64,000 bases of DNA from the human T2T-CHM13v2.0 reference genome, Homo sapiens, in NCBI RefSeq assembly GCF_009914755.1, contig NC_060929.1, one strand, 5' to 3'. This document shows, one piece after another, positions 1-14,370 of the stretch (the stretch's first letter is position 1; each line of letters begins with the position of its first letter). Both the position numbers and the translations under genes were made by a program. The notes below the pieces were generated by a model, which was not told where the DNA came from, did not search any database, and saw only the letters and a program-made list of their open reading frames with translations.

Positions 1-414
1 CCAGAGTTTGTGTCCTTGTCACGCTGGAAGACATTGCGCTGGTGTCTGCCTGACCACATTCTATGCACAGCACAGCCTCCTGATTCATGGGACTCTGTGC
101 AGAAGGGTAAACATGGTCCTTGTCACAACCTTGCAAAGGCCCGTCCTATGTGGAGACCTGGGTAGTGCCCTGTTGCCTGGTCCCTAGTGAACCTGTACCA
201 GCCAGGTTTTAATTTGACCTGCCTGGATTCTACTCCCCAAGGAGCTTCCTCTAAGGGCAGGGGTCTCTGGAGGTGGGACACAGAGTATGCATCACCAAAA
301 TGCCACTGCTGCTATTTTGTTACACACCAGTCTTTGTCTTTATTTCCTAAACATATGTAACTTGTAGACTCAGCACCCAGGTCACTTGTCAAAAAGGCAT
401 TGGAAGACCCATCA

Positions 415-732
<318 letters not shown>

Positions 733-3700
733 GTAAACACTCAGAGGGTCTGGGGTCGAGGGCTTCCTTTGTAGCTCACAAGCACAGACTCCATTTGCCT
801 GTGCAGCCAAGCTACTCAAGGTGGGGCCTGGGGGCTTGGGGTCTCCTAGGGAGTCCCTGTCCCTCCATGAGGTGGTCATTGGTGCCAAGAAGGGTGTCCT
901 GCCTTGCAGAGCTCAGGTTTCATGGCTGACTCACTCTGAACATCTGAAACACAACACCTTTCCAACCTAGGACCCAGCTGGGGGCTTTTGATCAACTCTT
1001 GGTTCTTTCTTAGGCTTACTTTTCCTGCTTCCAGTTGAAAAATGAAAACACCCAGCTATTCCGTGCTCACAAAGAAGCACCTTACACAGAAGGACAAAGC
1101 CTGCCACTACTGCTCCCAGGCTCACAGTCAGCCTCCTGGACTAGAGGCCTATTAAAATCAATGACTTTTTAAAAAAGTGGTCCCCTCCACCCCCTGCCTG
1201 CAATACGTTTTCCTTCCTTCCTTCTTTTCCTTTACTATGTCATGACTTTGGACCAGGCTGTGTCTTAGGCACCTTAGGGGTCTCAAAGATGAACAAGTCA
1301 TACCTTTCCCTCTTTCTGACTTTGTCATTCTGTAAGGTGGTGACATGTATGCAGATCAGGCAAAGAGCATGGGAGCCAGGGAGCTAAGTTTGGAAGAAGT
1401 AACTGGGAGTGGCGGAGATCATGGAGCGGGTGATGTGCCAGTGGGCCCTGCAAAGGAGAGAAAGGTTTTCCCAGAAACACAGCAGGCTTGAGCCAAGACT
1501 CCCCCAGCCGCCCTGTGGGTGGCATTTGCAGGTCTCAGGTAGAAGACTAGATGTGAGTAGGAGTTTTGTACAGTGGTGGGGTTGGGGGTCAAGGTGTGAT
1601 TTCTGGGAGACTTGGAGAGCCAAGCAGAGAAATTTAGGTACACTACTGTAGGCACTGGGGAGTCACTGCAGGGAGGAAACGTGGCATAAGAAGAAAGTCA
1701 TGCTCCAAGTGTTCAGGATGGGGGTGGGGGTAGCCGAGGTAGGGAGACCAGAGGCTGGCCATTTCCTTGGGGGAGAATGTGGTTCTCCATGACACACGTC
1801 ATCAGGGGAGACACCAGCAGCCTTTCCCCACAGCCCAGTCCTTTCTAGCACAATGTTGCAGTTATGGGCAAGAAGGCTGAGCCCCTGGAAACGGGCGCTG
1901 CCACATTGCTTGAGTGTCCCCTGCACCCTACAACACCCACAGTGATCTCAGGCAGCAGCACCCAGAGCTCACACACCAAAGAGGTCAGGGCAGCTGGAAA
2001 GGGCACGTTTAAGTGAAAGGCGAAACAGGCGTCCATCACCAACATCACACTGCATTCTGGGAGTCTGGAAATGAGATAATCAGCACATGTCACTAAAGGT
2101 ACAGATGGAAAGTTGAGAATTACACAGGGACACCAAAAGACAACTGAAATGTGAATACAGATTTTTACAGCCTCAGAAGACTTTGCTTTAAGTGTTAATT
2201 AAATCTCCATCAAAATACTCAGCAAGACAGAATGGCCCTAGTAATCATGACCAAACTTTTAGCCCCGGGTCCTACCCATGGGATTAAAATGTCTAAGCAA
2301 AAAAGAAGAAAAAAAAAAGAAAAAAATATATTTTTCTTGTTTTTGGTTAAGTCTGCTTTTCATCATTACAGATTTGAAAGGAAAAAAAATCAGTTATCGG
2401 CAGATTAACTGCTTGATTCAATAATTCATTTAAATTCCTCCAGCCTTGGCAAACTAAGAAGTATTGACTTTTTCTTGAATCATAATAAACTAGAAGGTCA
2501 AATATCTCTGAGCAGTATAAAAGTGCAGATCCTAAGGAGGCGGGAATCTCTTTTATCCACTTTGCTAATTGTTCGCATGTCACCATGAAGGCCCAGTGGC
2601 ATTCAGCGGCCCCTCTGCACGCCTTCCTGTCAAGGTTGATGGTGGCGGGGAGGGAAGGAGGCGGAAGGCAGGCAGGCGCCTGGCAGGGAGGCTCTGGGCT
2701 GGAGGCCCCCCACTCACGGTGTTTATGGCCGCTTTGCCATGGAGCATATTTGATTAGCGTGATTCTCCTGGGTTGTTGGAAAATGGGTTACCCTAGAAAG
2801 TGCTGGCGCCTACTAGAAGAAACTAACAGCTCTGAAAATATCAGCCTTTGTTTCTCTCCCAAGACAGGGCCAGGACGCAGAGCATTGCCATGGGATCACT
2901 GTTTTAATAACCTTCCCATGCAGATAGGATGCAACCCACTAATTGCCCATTTTGAAGAAACAAGAGGCAAAGTCTCTGTGCCCTGGCCTCTCCGAGCCTG
3001 CTTCAGAGCGTGTGCCCTGGCCCCCATTGCTTTCTCCCTCTGGCTAAACCAGCTCCAAGTCACTGTTGTAGGCATTTTCTCTATGAAGTGCTTGCTACCA
3101 GCCCAAGTCCAAGTGTCCCTCTCTGAATCCTCCTACCCCAAAGTGCCTGTCCTGCTCTGGCCTCAGGAGGTCCCACAGGTGCTAGGCCTTGCTCCTCGTG
3201 TGGCCCCAGTATACTCAGGTTTTAAGAAATGCAGAAATTTTCAGAACTGATCTCCTGAAGGCTAATTCAGTGCAGTTAAGAAGCCAGGCTAGGGGCTCGG
3301 ATGGGGAGGGTGGTGAAGCCTCACATGTGTTGACCCGGTAGGGGTACATTTTCCCTTGCCTTCTCCAAAGTGGGCAGGAAGGAAGTGGAAGGATGGAGGT
3401 ATGAGGGGAAGATGGATGTCCGTGGAGGTGGGTCTTCTGGAGTAAAGAGAACTAGAATCCTGGAGAAGCAGAGTTGGAAGGGGCTTCAGAGACCACCTAC
3501 TCCATCCCAGGCAGGCAAACCAAAGCCAGTTCATGGGGGGCTGGGGGGAGAAGCTACTTTCCCTGACCCCCTCCTTTGAAAGCTGTGTGTCCAGATGGTA
3601 GTGAGCACCTCTGAGGCCCAGCGTCACACAGGGCAGCAGGCACCTACGTTTGCTTAACTTGCTGGGGAGGCTCCCATGGCCTTCCCTGCAGGCTGCACTC

Positions 3701-5619
3701 TGAGGGGTCAGTGTTAAGGAAACACTGGTGCCAACCTGTGGCTGCTGAAGTTGTCAAGAACACTCAGGTTCTCCCTGACATGGAAATTGGCTGTCGGCAA
3801 ATATTTGATTCCTGATTACTTGCAATTAAGACAAAAGTAGCATGAAGGCCCTGCATATGCCCTTCACAATGGCCCCACAGAGGGCTGAGGATACCCCGGG
3901 CGGGGTAAGGCCCAGAATCTGATCCACAGCTACACAGATGCTGACCCAGGGGTGGGCTCCTCATTAAACAAGCCCCTTGTTACCACTTCCTCCTTGTCAT
4001 TAAAACAGAATGAATTCCCCACTCCTACCACAATGATGATAAAACAGTAATGGGAAAGGTAACCAAGTGAGACTACCAGCAACTGCCTATAGTATTTATG
4101 AGGACAACCACAATGCATGAAAAGTACAATGGGCTTAATTTATAGTCATCAAGAAAGCCATTTACTCAGGTTAAAAACTGATCATCTTGCCAAATAAGCT
4201 GCTTTCCAACACAAATTAAATTTACTGAACATGGTCAGAAATGGGAACAGTTACATTAACATTATGGCGGCAGGAGAAATGAGTCTATTGGTACCAGTTG
4301 GTGCTGAAGACTCCCTCTGTGATCTGAATAAGGATTTTCAATAAGAATGTCACAGACCCAGGACTGCCATGAACTGGGAGCATAGATAGGTACAGGTGGT
4401 GTAATTGAGCGGTTGTGGAAGGCAAGCCCGTCTGACCCCGGTGGAAGGCATAAAAGGAGGCTGAGTCCTGAGATGGGCCCCAGAGAGAGTGAGTCTACAT
4501 CCACATGGAGCAGGAAGCCCCTCCGTTGTTCTCCCACAGCCAGCCACAACCAAGAGCACAGACAGTTGGGTAATTTTGCTTCCAAATACTGACTCAGCCT
4601 CTGTAACCGCTTCCTGGGCCCAAAGAAAACTAACGAGTGCTCCCTTCTCAGGGACAGTGCCCCAAGTGGCAGTGAGGGAAAACCCACGAGCTCTTCCACT
4701 CTTGGATGCCAGCGGCCTGCTGGCACGTTCTTCCCAACACAGCTTTTCTGTGTCTCAGACCTCATCTCCAGCTTGACTATTGATGACAGCCCTGTCTCTC
4801 CTGACCAGGCCTTGGGAGCTCCCTGCTCCCATCTCAGCCAGATGTTCTGCCTAGGCCTGCTCCTGAAGGCTGTCAGTGCCCCCAGCACACGACCTAGCAC
4901 TGAATTCCACAACCTCACCCCAACTCACTATGAGGCCTCAATGAGGTGATGGCTTGGCTCTGAGGAGGCAGTCACTGGAAAGCCCAAAACTGGCTGAAAA
5001 GAGCAAGGCGTGAATGCAGAAGACCAGAGGCAGTGTGTGCAGCATCAAGAACCTCAAGAACCTCATCTGCCACCTGCCACGAACCCTGGCCCAGTACAGC
5101 AGCTGTCTCCACCTTCTGCAGACAGAGGTACTTGTCCAGCCAAGTGCCTGCCCATGGGCAGATACAGCCCTTACACATGGCCTTATATACTTTATCTTCC
5201 AGGTACTGACACACCAACACACAGGGGAGCGGCAGCCCTCGCCTGGGGTCATGGTTGGGTTTCTCAATGACCCAGAGCGAGGCTTTGCCTGCGGAAGAGC
5301 CATGTACATGTAGCCATGTGCAGATATGTGGGGTGCGCATCCAGGGATTGGACATAACGGTCCCAGTATTCTTCCCCGCTTTAAGATAACTTATACCCTC
5401 ACACGTGGCAAGGTGGTCCAGGGACAGAGAGTGCCTGTCAGTGTCGACTCTCTCATTGCAGAAACCACCCAAGTGCCTGGTATGCAGCTGCAGAATTCAG
5501 GTTTGTGTGAGAACCAGGCAGAGGCCCGACGCTCCAGTCCCGTGCCATGTCTACCCTAAGATGGGGTGGGTGGTAACAACGGGGCACTTCCGCAGTTCCT
5601 GCCTGCCAGCTCCTCCCCT

Positions 5620-5990
5620 ATCTATCCACCCAACAAATATTTACTGAGCACCTGCTATGTGCCAGTCCCGATTCCAGGTGCTGAGGATTCAGACAGAATA
5701 GGCTCCTATCCTCAGGGCACTAACATGACAGTGTAGGAAGACACACAAGAGGGTGAACTGGCAAACAAAAAAACAAGACAAGTGTAGATGGTGTTAAATG
5801 CGAGGAAGGAAATAACCAGGGTGCTGCAGCGGGCACACTTTACTCTGGTCAGGGAAGCCTCTTTGAGGAGGTGAGATTAGACCTGAGACCTGACGGTGAA
5901 GATGGCAGAGACCTGGGGGAAGGAGAGAGTGGAGCACCCTTGGGTGCCCTGGAACCTGGCATGCAGGGAGAGGAGGCCTGGTATAAGAAG
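5620..5990 (-). mobile_element. LINE-2 3' fragment
   Basis: caacaaatatttactgagcacctgctatgtgccag...gtgctgagga is the reverse of the L2 3' end. Confidence 0.75.
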
Positions 5991-6419
5991 AGGCCTGGCT
6001 CCTAAAGCCCTGCTCCAAGGTAAACATCACCAGGCAGACTCAGTCTGCAGGGAGCTGTGAGGCAGATGCAAAGTTTCACCCTGCCCAACTGTCCCACCTG
6101 GGAAGTGGGGTGAGGCCCTGCCATCCCACCACTCAGCCCTCCCAGCTGAAAGAGGTCTATCCTCTTAGAGGCCAGAAAACTCTCGGCACCCCTCAGGGCT
6201 GCTGGTGGGAAGAGAGCAGCCCTCTCTGAGCTCTGACTACAGGCTACCTTGGTGAGGGCCTCCACACTCCTAGATGCCCTGGATGCCGGGGCTGCGTCAG
6301 GTCCACCTCCACCCTGTAACGCCTCATTTATATTCAAGGGTTGGGATGAGAATCTGTAATTCCTCCCAAGGACATGTGTGTGTTAACACCCAGCCAGAGA
6401 AGGCCATGTGTAAAGTGAC

Positions 6420-6670
6420 TATTATTTACTGAGGCAGGCCCACCAGGCACCATGCTAAACTCTTAGAATCTACGAGCTCATCTGATGCTCATTTAATCCT
6501 CCTTAAAGCTCTATTAAGTAGACACAGAGGCCCTACTCAGCACATATTTGTGGCATGAATATATGCCCATTTTACAGATTAGGAAACATGAGTCAAGTGA
6601 CTTGCCTATGGTTAGACAGCAAGTAGGTGGTAGAGCCTAGCTTTGAATCAGTCTCACTCCAAATCCCTTG
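6420..6670 (-). mobile_element. MIR SINE
   Basis: cccattttacagattaggaaac...gtgacttgcctatggtta...gtaggtggtagagcc is the reverse of the MIR core. Confidence 0.7.
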
Positions 6671-8399
6671 AACTTGGGATAATCTGCTCAGCTGGTGATA
6701 TGGTCTCTGCTTCAAGTTCAAGGAACTCATGCCTGGAGGATCTAGATGTCCATAGTGTGAGCTTCTCCAACATCAGGATACATCCACACATCAGCAACCC
6801 TGGCCTGCAGGATGGCTGCTCCTCACCCACCTCAGGGACACATAGCTTAGAGGCCTAAGTAGCAACTTCTCTAAAGGCTGGAGGTTTACAGGGCTGCAGA
6901 AGGAAGCCCTGCTTGGATCTGTGAACATCACAGGCCCAAACCCACTCCTAGTCATGCATGGACACCTGGCCATTAAGCCCCTTACCTCCCACTATGATGT
7001 TTCCATCTTCATCACCTCCCTGTCTCCTCTCCTGCTATTTTGCCTGAAACTGGACAGGTGACTGCTGGGCAGATGTGATGTATTCTCAGTGACCACAGGT
7101 GATTTCAAACTCAACCGGTGAGCACAGCCTGTATGCTGAGGTGCTTGTGCACTTGATGAAAGCAGTTTGACCAGTTCTGAAAGACTTGACCACATTCTCC
7201 AATCCCAAAGCTCAACAGAAACACATGGTTATCCATTGCTGGAAGGTAATGCAACCTGCCATGCATAATGTTTACAGATCCTAACCTGAGGTCTGACAAA
7301 TTGACTTCAAAGTCAGAAATGCCTGGAACAAGAAGAGAGAAGGAACACCTTTCATCTGTCAGGAGGCCTGTCAATTCTGCCAAAAGAGTTTCTATGTAAC
7401 CAATTTGTATGAAACCAAAGCACAGATAGGTTTCTACATATTGTCTAATGTCCCTGGGCACGGCTTTTGGAGGTGGTTATTTCTGGTCACAGCTGAAGAT
7501 CAAACACCAAACACAAGTGCCAAAGCATACTTTTCAAAAACTTAAAAATGTGACTGTCACGATAATCTAAAGTGAGCATATGTTAAAGCTGTGTTTGCTT
7601 TCTTAATGAGAGAGCCCACAGTGCAGACGCTGATTCAGAGGAGGACTTGAGGAGCCACATGGGCACTGGAGAAAGAAGGTTGGGATGAGATGCCTAGGCT
7701 AGGCACACAGTAGGTGAGTGATCTGCAGGGTAAGAAAACCACAAACTTTCGGGTTCTCTTTTCCACCAAAAAGAACCATGTGCATTTTTACTGGGAACAA
7801 ATGTGCAAGTTAACATGTCACTGCACAGTCTGGGCCTTTAATCAGCGGCAAATTGTGAGTTGAACAAAGACGTAACCCTCTAGCCTGGATCAGTAAGTAA
7901 TCCTTGGGCAGATCTAGTAAACAAGGTCCCAGAGGGAGGACTTGCCACCCTCTTTTTCCCTTATTCCCAAGTTTTGGATAATTTTCTCAATACCACCCAA
8001 ATCCCTGCAGTAACCAACGTCACCTGAGGGAGCTGCCAAGGACTCTCATCTCTTTCTTCTGCCTGGGGCATCTTCCTTCAGAGCCCCCAGCCTCACAAAA
8101 AGACCCCAGAAAGGCAGGAACGTGAGGCTCCAAGCCACTTAGCTGAGACTTACTGAGACAGAGAGAACTTTCTCCTGGGAAAGTCCCCTGGTGGAGCAGA
8201 GGGAGAAGGGGCTGGAGCCAGAGGCCACGCTGCTGTGGGGGAGCTGACCGAGCTGAGGATGCAGCTCCTCTTCACTGAGGCGGGGGTGGAGCGGGGGCGG
8301 GGTGGGGTAGGGGGAGTGCTGCAACAGAACTTCCTACGGTACTTGTGTTGATCCCGCTGGGTCTCAAGTAACACAGTAACACAGTAAAACCTTGGCCTC

Positions 8400-8580
8400 C
8401 ACCCAGTCCTGTGCTCCTTCACAGCTGATAGTTGTGTGAGCCCAGGCAAGGTTCCACCTTCTTTTCCCTATTTAAAAGTGACGATAACAATGGTCCTTAC
8501 GGGATTGCCCCTTACAGGATTGCTTTGAGGATTACATGAGATAATTCATGTAGAGAGCTAGGCACTTAGTAAGTGCTCAA
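8400..8580 (+). mobile_element. MIR SINE
   Basis: tgtgtgagcccaggcaagg...tgaggattacatgagataattcatgta...gcacttagtaagtgctcaa. Confidence 0.7.
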
Positions 8581-11114
8581 TTCGGACACTGAATTGGTGA
8601 AAGGTTGAATAAATAGGACTGGAAAAGAAGTAGCCATTTGGTTTTACTGATTCAAGTGCATGAACATGTGGGGTAGTTGCTGTCTTCGGGAGGCCAGCCT
8701 TAATGGAAAGGTGAACATATTTATACTGAAAGTATTGAATGGTTTTTAAAAAGGCAGATGCAAAATAGCATGCTTCAAAATACCCAAAGGAAATGCTTCC
8801 CTTGCAATTTCCCTTGCGCCAGGGCTTCACTGGACCCTTATAAACTCCGCCTGGCTTCCAAGGTAGGGGAGTCTGAAATTATACATTCTTAGGGCAAAGT
8901 GACTGGAACTAACTCACAGCACAAACTGCAGGCTCTACTCAACACCTAAGGGCAGTGTCAGGTAGTCACCAGGGCCGCTGGCCTGCCAGAGGAACCCTGG
9001 TGACAGTTTCAAAGGCATCCCCTGACCTGGGCCCAATGCCAGCGTATCTTGCAAACCTCTCAGGCTCACCTGCTACAGACAGGTCCTATGGTTTCTCCTC
9101 CTTCTGGGAGCCCTTTGCACTGTGTGTCATCTCCCCATCTGCTGTCTGTGACAATAGTGAAGCTACCTGACTCACCATTTCCAGAGCTTTCCCCCCAGCC
9201 CTCCCAGATCTCCTCCACCTAAAGGAGGCTGCCAACCTGCTGGCCTGAGGACCCCTGCTCCTGTGGTTCCTTAGACGGAACAGCAGGCCCCGAGGCAGGG
9301 CCCCAGCAGCGCCTTCACAGCTGCTCAGAACTCCAGGCTGGGCATCAGGCAGTGTCTGTGGTTTCAGGGTTGGGACCAGGCTCCACTTCATTCAGAGCTC
9401 AGCACCAGGCCTGGCACAGATTGGGCTGGGTGGAGGACTGAATCTGATGAAGATGCTGCAGAGACCCAAGACTGGCTGGATAGAGAGCTGAGTAATCCAT
9501 CAATGGTTTTACAGAAACAGACATGGTCACAGATTGAGTGGAAAGAGTGGAGACTGTAGAAAGCCCTCGGTGGGAGAATAGCGACCTGGGATCTACAAGG
9601 TGTGTCTCTTTCACATGCAACCCTCAGTTTCCTCGTGGGTACGTGAGAGGGCTGTATAGAGATCCCTGAGATGGAAAAAATTATCCCACATCTGTGAATT
9701 GAGGATGTACATCAGAGCCTGTGTTTTAACTTGGATGTCTTTTGGCTACAATAAAACTGCACAAACCTTTTTCTTTTCCCTCTATTTGTCCTATCAAGTT
9801 ATCTCAACCGGCTTTTGAAGGGTTATTTTGGAGACCTTCTTGGGAAGAAAAGCTGCATAAAAATGTCAAGTACAATACGATTTCTGCCCTTGGGAGAGTT
9901 TCTTTTACAAAACGGCTTTGTTTTAGACACTTCCTCCAAATATATTCCTACCCCCGAGTTCCTTTTCTTTGCCTAAAGCCTCTTCAGCTCGCATCTGTCT
10001 TATTCCCTGTCACCGGCCCTCATTTTTCCTTCAGGTACTTAGCTCCTTTGTCACTTTCCCCAGCTCCTCTGGGCTCCCTCCGTCTTGGAGCCAAGGGGAC
10101 CAGATGTTGCTGCTCTCCACGGTCTGCACCGTCTCGCTGATGCGCCACTACGTGGGTTCCTTCCTGCTTTTCCACCAACTAATGATTCAAGGCCGTGACA
10201 CCCCAGGCTGCCTCCAATTATTTCAAGAATCACTGTGGAGTTACTCTGTGAGCCGCCGTGATGCTCCTTGTCACTTTATCCTTGGAGACTTGCCAGCACA
10301 GATGGGGAGCTAAATTCTTCCAGGGCCCTTTACCTGCCATACAAGGGCCGCCCCGGTCCGCACCTTGCCTTGGTTGGATCACTTGTCATAGATGTGTCTC
10401 ACAATAACAACATGCTTTTCTCCTTCATTCTACTTTTAAAGAAAAAAATGGCTCAGTTAAAATATCTAATATTAGCACAGAAAACTACCATTTTCTAATC
10501 AGGAGCATTTCAATTTCTCCTCTCAAGGATCTGCCCTTGTCTCTCAACGGGATTATCAGCCATAAAAACATGCACTGGATAATATCAAGACAAAGCTTAG
10601 TAACAATATCGGACAATCTGATTTCATCTATTCTCAACTTCAATCCCCTGGCTCAACCGAGCCAAGCAGTGGCTGAGGCCTCTGACAGGTGGGCCTGAGG
10701 GTTCTGGGAAGCTGGCTTTCCTGAATGCATGGGTGGGCTGGTCTGCTCTACCCCTGAGTACAGAAGAGCATGTGGAGACCAGGGGTCTCCACTGGGGCCT
10801 GACAACCTGTCTACTTCTATGAGAAGCTCACAGGGTCAGCAATTGCCCTATCAGGTACTCTCTGTGAGACCACCACTGCCTTAAGGTACTTCAGTGTTGC
10901 CTTCAAACAGGCTATGGAAAAGAACCATATACACTGGGAGCTCCAGCCTCTGAAAAAATGACTAGAATTACAGCTACTGCAGAGGAGGAGTGACACCTTA
11001 AATAGTGACAACAAAATACCAAAATGCCACGAGAATCAAGCACAGCACAAAGAAGGCTTTTGGGGGAACTATGATTTTTGAGCCAACAAGAAAATCAGGA
11101 GAATTTCAGGAAAG

Positions 11115-11230
11115 AATTTAAGGAGATAATGGTCACTATTGAGATGTCAAGTCTTCCAAGGTTAAGAATATCAGGGCAATTTAAGGAGACAATGGTCACT
11201 ATTAAGACTCCAGTCTTCCAAGGTCAAGAA
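11115..11230. repeat. Diverged two-copy tandem duplication, ~63-bp period
   Basis: aatttaaggagataatggtcactattgagatgtcaagtcttccaaggttaagaa (11115-11168) versus aatttaaggagacaatggtcactattaagactccagtcttccaaggtcaagaa (11178-11230). Confidence 0.9.
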
Positions 11231-11289
11231 GAAGACATATCTCAAAACCTAGAGTGAAAATAGAAATAAAGAAAGTCTTAAAATACAGT

Positions 11290-12260
11290 AATAATTCCAT
11301 TTAAAACTCTAAGGACAAAGAAATAGAAGAAAACTCCTTAAATAGCCAATCACTAACTGTTTCCAATTAAAATCAGGAGCCAGACAGGGATATTTGTTAT
11401 CATCATTCTTATTCATAAAGGAAGTATAATAAGACAAGACAATGAAATAATCATTAACATTTGGAAAAGAAAGACAGCTAACAACGATCTCTTTTTGATG
11501 ATTATGTATCTGTATACTTAGAAATCCAAGAGACTCCAGTGAAAAAATATTAAAATTATAAGAGAATTATGAAACTAGTTGGACAGATGATAAATATGCC
11601 AAAATTAATCATTCCTCTCAACAGTAGCAATAAATAATTAGAGGTGAAAAACGGAAAAACCACCTACTCATAATCATGGTAAAAACCATAAAATATTAGT
11701 AAACAAATTTGACAAGAAAGCCATAGGACCTATATAAAAAATGGCTGTAAAACCCTATTGAAGGTCATAAAATAAGATTGGAACATTTCTTATTCGTGGG
11801 TAGGAAGACATTCTCATAAATACACAAATTTAATGCAATCATTTTAGACTTAGATGAAATGATCTTAAAAAGTTCATTTGAAGTAATAAGTGCCCCCAGA
11901 TAACCAAGGAAAATAAGAGAAAGAATACTGTAGGGGGATGTGCCTTCCCAGATACTAGAACATTCAACCCAGAAAGCTGCTGTGATAAAATCAATATGAG
12001 ATCAACCTAGGAAAAGGCAAATCAGTGACGGCAGATTTGGCAATAAAATAGAAAACAGGATCCAGAAATAAATGCCAATGTATATGAAAATTAGATGTAT
12101 AATAAGAGTTACCACTCCAATGGGAAAATGATAGCTCTCTGATAGATGATGCTGGGGCAACCTGCTATCCACCTAGAATGAAACAACATTGGAAACCTAT
12201 TTCACACCACACAAAAAATCAAATTTGAATAACTATAAATGTTTAAATTATTTCTATTAA
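11290..12260 (+). mobile_element. Ancient L1 (L1M-type) ORF2 remnant
   Basis: A-rich sequence with L1 ORF2-like strings (aaatcaggagccagacagggatatttgttatcatcattcttattc; gatgctggggcaacctgctatcc; cctatttcacaccacacaaaaaatcaa). No open frame. Confidence 0.7.
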
Positions 12261-12369
12261 ATAATGAGTAGACAGAAAAGAACACTTATCCACTCTATGG
12301 ATGGCTTAAGCATTATCGTACAACAAACGGATGAATCCATTCATTTAAAGAAAAAGAACGGTGTCTTTC

Positions 12370-14370
12370 ATTTTGAATTTTGCCATGTGTCCCTCTCCAG
12401 TTCTATTCCCTCATTGCCACACAGAGACCGTCATTAGCCTGAATTTTGTGTTTATCATTCTTTTGGTTTATCTCACCTTTGTATTTCTATGCAGTATGTT
12501 GTTTTCCATGTTTTTGAACTTTATATAAATGAATCACACTCTATGTACTCATCAGAGACTTTCTTCTTTTGCTCTCCCACGATATTTAGTTACACCCATG
12601 TCTGCATATAGTGGTGATTCATTCATTGTCCTTATAGTACCCCCACATAAACATGTTATTTATTTAGTTTATATTAGATTGTTTATTTGCCTTTTTCTGT
12701 GGTCCTCTTTCTCTCTTTTGGTTCCTTATTTTGAATCAAATACTTCACCCTGATTTTCTTCTTCTGCTCATATAAAAATTAAATATCTCTTTTATTCTTC
12801 TACTGTTTATCTCAAATTTTAAAATGTATAATTAAGCCAAAGTCTATAATCAACACTTTAACCCTCCCCATGAAGAACCTTAGAACACCTTAGAACCTTT
12901 CCTGACGTAACTATATGACAATACTGTATATTGTGAGTCTGTCTTTATTCCTCATAATTCCTTCTTATACCTCAAATTCTCTTTATGTTTGTCTAAAATG
13001 TCTATTTTATCCTAATTTTAAAGAGTTTTTTATGCTGTGTAATTACTCTTATGTTCGTGTATTTTTTTTCTTTCAACTTGATAAACCTTTTGTTCCCCTG
13101 CCCTCTGGCTTTGTTGAGATGTTACCTGATAGCCTTTTCATTCCCTTATAGGTAATCCATTTTTGATGTCTGGATAATTTTAACATCTTCTCTGGTTTTC
13201 TGCAATTTCTCTGTGATGCAAACACACATATTTCTTTGCATTTATTCTGCTTATAATTCATCAGGTTTCCTGAAAGTGAGGATTTCTATCTTTCATCAGT
13301 TCTTGAACATCCTTACCTATCTTCCATTAAATGGTATCTCTATTCCATTATTTTTCTCCCTCTTTTCCAGGTATTCTAATTAGAAATATGCTACAAATTT
13401 TCATTCTATTTAAGTATCTCTTATCTCTTTCGCATTCCCCATCTTTGGTTTTTCTATGTTGCATTCTGTATAATTTTTCAAATCCGTCTTCCAGCTCTTA
13501 AATTAACTCTTCAGCTATTTCTAACCTACTGTTACACTCTTCCACTGAGTTTTGAATTTTGAATTTTCAGAAGTTCTTTTTAGCCATTCATAAAGATGAT
13601 TGGCCATTTGTATAATCTCTTGATTTTCAATCATATTTTTAATTTTTAAAAAATATTAAATATACATATTTTATATTCGGTATCATTTTGTTATTCACAG
13701 ATTTTGTTGGTTCTTACATGGCATTCTCCTTTTGGTGTTTTGATTTCTTTTTAAAAGAGCTCACATTTTCTGGAATATAATCTGTGAAAATTTTTTGAGA
13801 TATAGTTTGGATATAGGCTCTTCTTGATTGTGCCGGGCACCCAAGGACTCCACCATTCTGGGTTAAACTAAATTTTATGTTTGAGATTTTTCAGGTTACT
13901 CAGGTAGTTTGCATATGAGCTACAATTCCTTCTGGCGATCAGTCTATGGTTATAAATTTTCAAGGAAATTTCTCTCTGTCTACTCAGTGCCAAGATTTGA
14001 GGCAGGAACATTTTCTTGCCAGTCCTTGGGACTGGGTGGATTTCTTTCTTTCTTGTTCACCCTTACACTGCAGATATAGCACTTGAGGGGCCCAGGTGTA
14101 TATATATAGGGGACTGGGAGTGGGAACCTTCCACATATGCCTACCTCGGAAGGACCCTGGGATTTGTCCTTGGTATCCTGAGCCACGGAGGGTATGTAAA
14201 CCAAAACCAACGTTCACCTAGTTTGGCAAAAGCCCTCAAGGTAAAGTCAGTCTCACAGCTATCTTACCTCTCTGGATTCCTGATTTCACTTGTATTTTTA
14301 GCCTCTAGGTAGTCCTTATTTTCTTACCAAGCACATCAGTGTTTAAAAGGATTTTAAAAAATATTTATCT
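12370..14370 (-). mobile_element. Ancient antisense L1/HAL1-type fragments (3'UTR piece, then ORF1/5' piece)
   Basis: T-rich; tgaattttgtgtttatcattc...tttttgaactttatataaatgaatc is 3'UTR-like and aactcttcagctatttctaacctactgtt...ccactgagtttt is ORF1-like. Confidence 0.55.

Noticed and set aside
2317-2338. A-tract/TATA/T-tract palindrome resembling a terminator
   Set aside because: Low-complexity AT sequence; intrinsic terminators are not relevant in a human intron.
2585-4918. Long ORFs of 221 aa (+, 2585-3250) and 218 aa (-, 4262-4918)
   Set aside because: No recognisable domain, composition typical of GC-rich non-coding DNA, and no evident exon structure.
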